Assembly: GCA_002009975.1 (NCBI GenBank)
Contig: MTLP01000042.1
Span: 160,001 to 224,000, forward strand
Direction of reading: 5' to 3'
Length of the DNA stretch: 64,000 nt
Source of the DNA: Thermococcus sp. JdFR-02
GTDB lineage: Archaea; Methanobacteriota_B; Thermococci; Thermococcales; Thermococcaceae
In this document: positions 62,435 to 64,000 of the stretch, in pieces
Layout of the letters: every line of letters begins with the position of its first letter
How positions within the stretch are numbered: position 1 is the first letter of the stretch
Notes under the pieces: model-generated
What the model was told of the DNA's origin: nothing
Database searches by the model: none
Seen by the model: only the letters and a program-made list of their open reading frames with translations
Translations under genes and position numbers: made by a program

Positions 62435-63051
62435 TACAACCCCTCCCTAATGACCTTCTTAATCCTCAAAACCAAGTCATTGATCTCTTCAAACTTCATC
62501 TTTTGGGAAATTCTATTAACCAAAAGCAGAGCAGAGACATCCATTATTTTTTCAGCTTCAACTAAGCCATTAGCCCTTAGAGTGTTTCCAGTTTCAACTA
62601 CATCAACTATCGCATCAGCTATTCCAACTTTTGGAGCCAATTCTATAGCCCCACTAAGCTTTATTATCTCAACTTCAACTCCTTTGCTTTCAAAGAACTT
62701 TTTTGTTAGGTTTGTGTATTTTGTGGCAATTCTAAAGCCCTCCATCTCCTCGACATCAGTTATGCTTTCTTTGGGCATCGCTAAACTTAGCCTGCACTTT
62801 CCAAAGGGCAATTCAAGAGGAACAAAGACATCGCTCTCTCGCTCTTCTACAACATCACTTCCTGAAATCCCGACATCTATACCATGCTCTACATAAACTG
62901 GAACATCAAACGCCCTTGCGAGTAAGAGCTCATATCTTCCGTTTTTCACAATCAACTCTCTATTCTCTGGTGACTTAAGTCCAATTCCAGCTTTGGTAAG
63001 AATTTCAAGCGAACCTTGGAAAAGCCTGCCTTTTGGTAAAACAATCCTCAT
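62434..63051 (-). CDS. hisG: ATP phosphoribosyltransferase (short form)
   Basis: [24 protein letters not shown]. Confidence 0.96.
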   Translation of the reverse strand: MRIVLPKGRLFQGSLEILTKAGIGLKSPENRELIVKNGRYELLLARAFDVPVYVEHGIDVGISGSDVVEERESDVFVPLELPFGKCRLSLAMPKESITDVEEMEGFRIATKYTNLTKKFFESKGVEVEIIKLSGAIELAPKVGIADAIVDVVETGNTLRANGLVEAEKIMDVSALLLVNRISQKMKFEEINDLVLRIKKVIREGL

Positions 63052-63938
63052 TCTTTCACCTCCACTGGAATTCCAAGATTTACGAGTTCTTTTGCAAGTT
63101 TATATACCTCTTTAAGCTCTCCTCTGATTGTTTTACGATTCTTTTCGATTTTTCCACTGTAGAGCTTAGATAGGACGTTTAAATCAAAGGCAAAGCCAAA
63201 GGCATCTATTCCATTGAATTTGTATTCTCCGCCACCTCCAAGTGGATAGCCAAGCTTTGGAGAATAGATTTCAAAGATAATGTCGCTGTAATAGGGCAAC
63301 GGTCTAATAGTCCCAAAATCTATGAAAATTCTATCATCACCCAGCGCTTCTACAATCAGGTTAAGCTTTTCATAATCGCTCTTCTTCCCTCTAAAGTTGA
63401 AGAGACGCCAAAGCTCTTCTTTTTTCTCTTCGCTAATTGGGAGTCTTTCAATTATCTCAAAGTTTCTTTTAGCCAAAGCTCTAAAGATTTCCTCTCTAAA
63501 CTCTTCAATCCCCTTAATTGCATTCTCCCAAACCTTCAAGCTTCCAATGTCGATGTAAAACTCTTTAATCCCAAGAGCTTCAAGTGAAGTTATAACGGTC
63601 ATTAAGACCTCAACTTGCATCCAAAGGTCTTTTCCTCCGATAAATTCAACTCCTGCCTGCCATTTCCCTTTAACTCCACCGTTTAGCACTTCACTTATGT
63701 AAAAGAGCTTTAGTCTTCTTGGCTCTTTTAGATTCACCAATATTTGCGATGTTAAATCAGGTTTTATTACGTAGAAGCTGTTGTTGTAAGCAAATTTTGT
63801 GCCCTTCCTAAGACTCTCCCTGTATTCTTCAACCGTCGGTAGGAAAATCTCTTTATATCCCCAAAGCTCAAATGTTCGCCTTAAATATTTTGTAATATCT
63901 GCTAAGCGTTCTGATTCGGAAAATACATCCTTTTTCAC
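63048..63938 (-). CDS. hisZ: ATP phosphoribosyltransferase regulatory subunit
   Basis: FELWGY.E, PD.TSQI, QAGVE.IG, YYS...F, GGGEY; upstream of short hisG. Confidence 0.88.
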   Translation of the reverse strand: MKKDVFSESERLADITKYLRRTFELWGYKEIFLPTVEEYRESLRKGTKFAYNNSFYVIKPDLTSQILVNLKEPRRLKLFYISEVLNGGVKGKWQAGVEFIGGKDLWMQVEVLMTVITSLEALGIKEFYIDIGSLKVWENAIKGIEEFREEIFRALAKRNFEIIERLPISEEKKEELWRLFNFRGKKSDYEKLNLIVEALGDDRIFIDFGTIRPLPYYSDIIFEIYSPKLGYPLGGGGEYKFNGIDAFGFAFDLNVLSKLYSGKIEKNRKTIRGELKEVYKLAKELVNLGIPVEVKE

Positions 63939-64000
63939 AATAGTCCCTCCAAAAAGTTTTTGATTAAAACTTCTCTAATTGAAATGCAATCTAACAAGTC

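Noticed and set aside
1-64000. CRISPR arrays, tRNA/rRNA, IS elements, and the many short antisense ORFs in the track
   Set aside because: No regularly spaced repeats, GC-rich structured RNA islands or transposase motifs seen by eye; the antisense ORFs lie inside well-supported genes.

Overview
This window looks like a hyperthermophilic Thermococcales chromosome segment. The evidence is GGTGA/GGAGG ribosome-binding sites, BRE/TATA promoters, tungsten FOR, DUF257 paralogs, Trm10, a LysW pathway and a Tar-like regulator. About 1-23 kb is a mixed accessory/housekeeping region. It holds thiI(partial)-thiF, a redox/iron stress island (DsrE, His-pair membrane protein, FTR1, degenerate M24, cupin, DUF438-hemerythrin-PAS, DUF1858, hcp, Cys-rich HTH regulator, thioredoxin), moaD-for, a small Cys-rich peptide locus, a PflX-like radical SAM, an ArsR-linked membrane operon with unannotated small ORFs, pyk, SDR, PEBP, DUF257 x2, SemiSWEET and trm10. 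About 23-64 kb is a nearly uninterrupted amino-acid biosynthesis supercluster (thr, aro/tyr, serB, argGH-carAB, AAA/LysW lys, his). Top candidates for undescribed biology: (1) a five-site TATGAC-N4-GTCATA operator set tying hcp and its neighbours to an adjacent Cys/His-tailed HTH protein; (2) a Cys-rich small-ORF locus with two synonymous 'YCSSL-stop + RBS' copies before a 4-TM protein; (3) an ArsR-type operon with a perfect 9-8-9 inverted repeat and two translationally coupled micro-ORFs; (4) out-of-frame short uORFs holding the best RBS of both the thr and aro operons. I recognised no rRNA, tRNA, CRISPR array or transposase. Family names come from motif recognition, not database searches.
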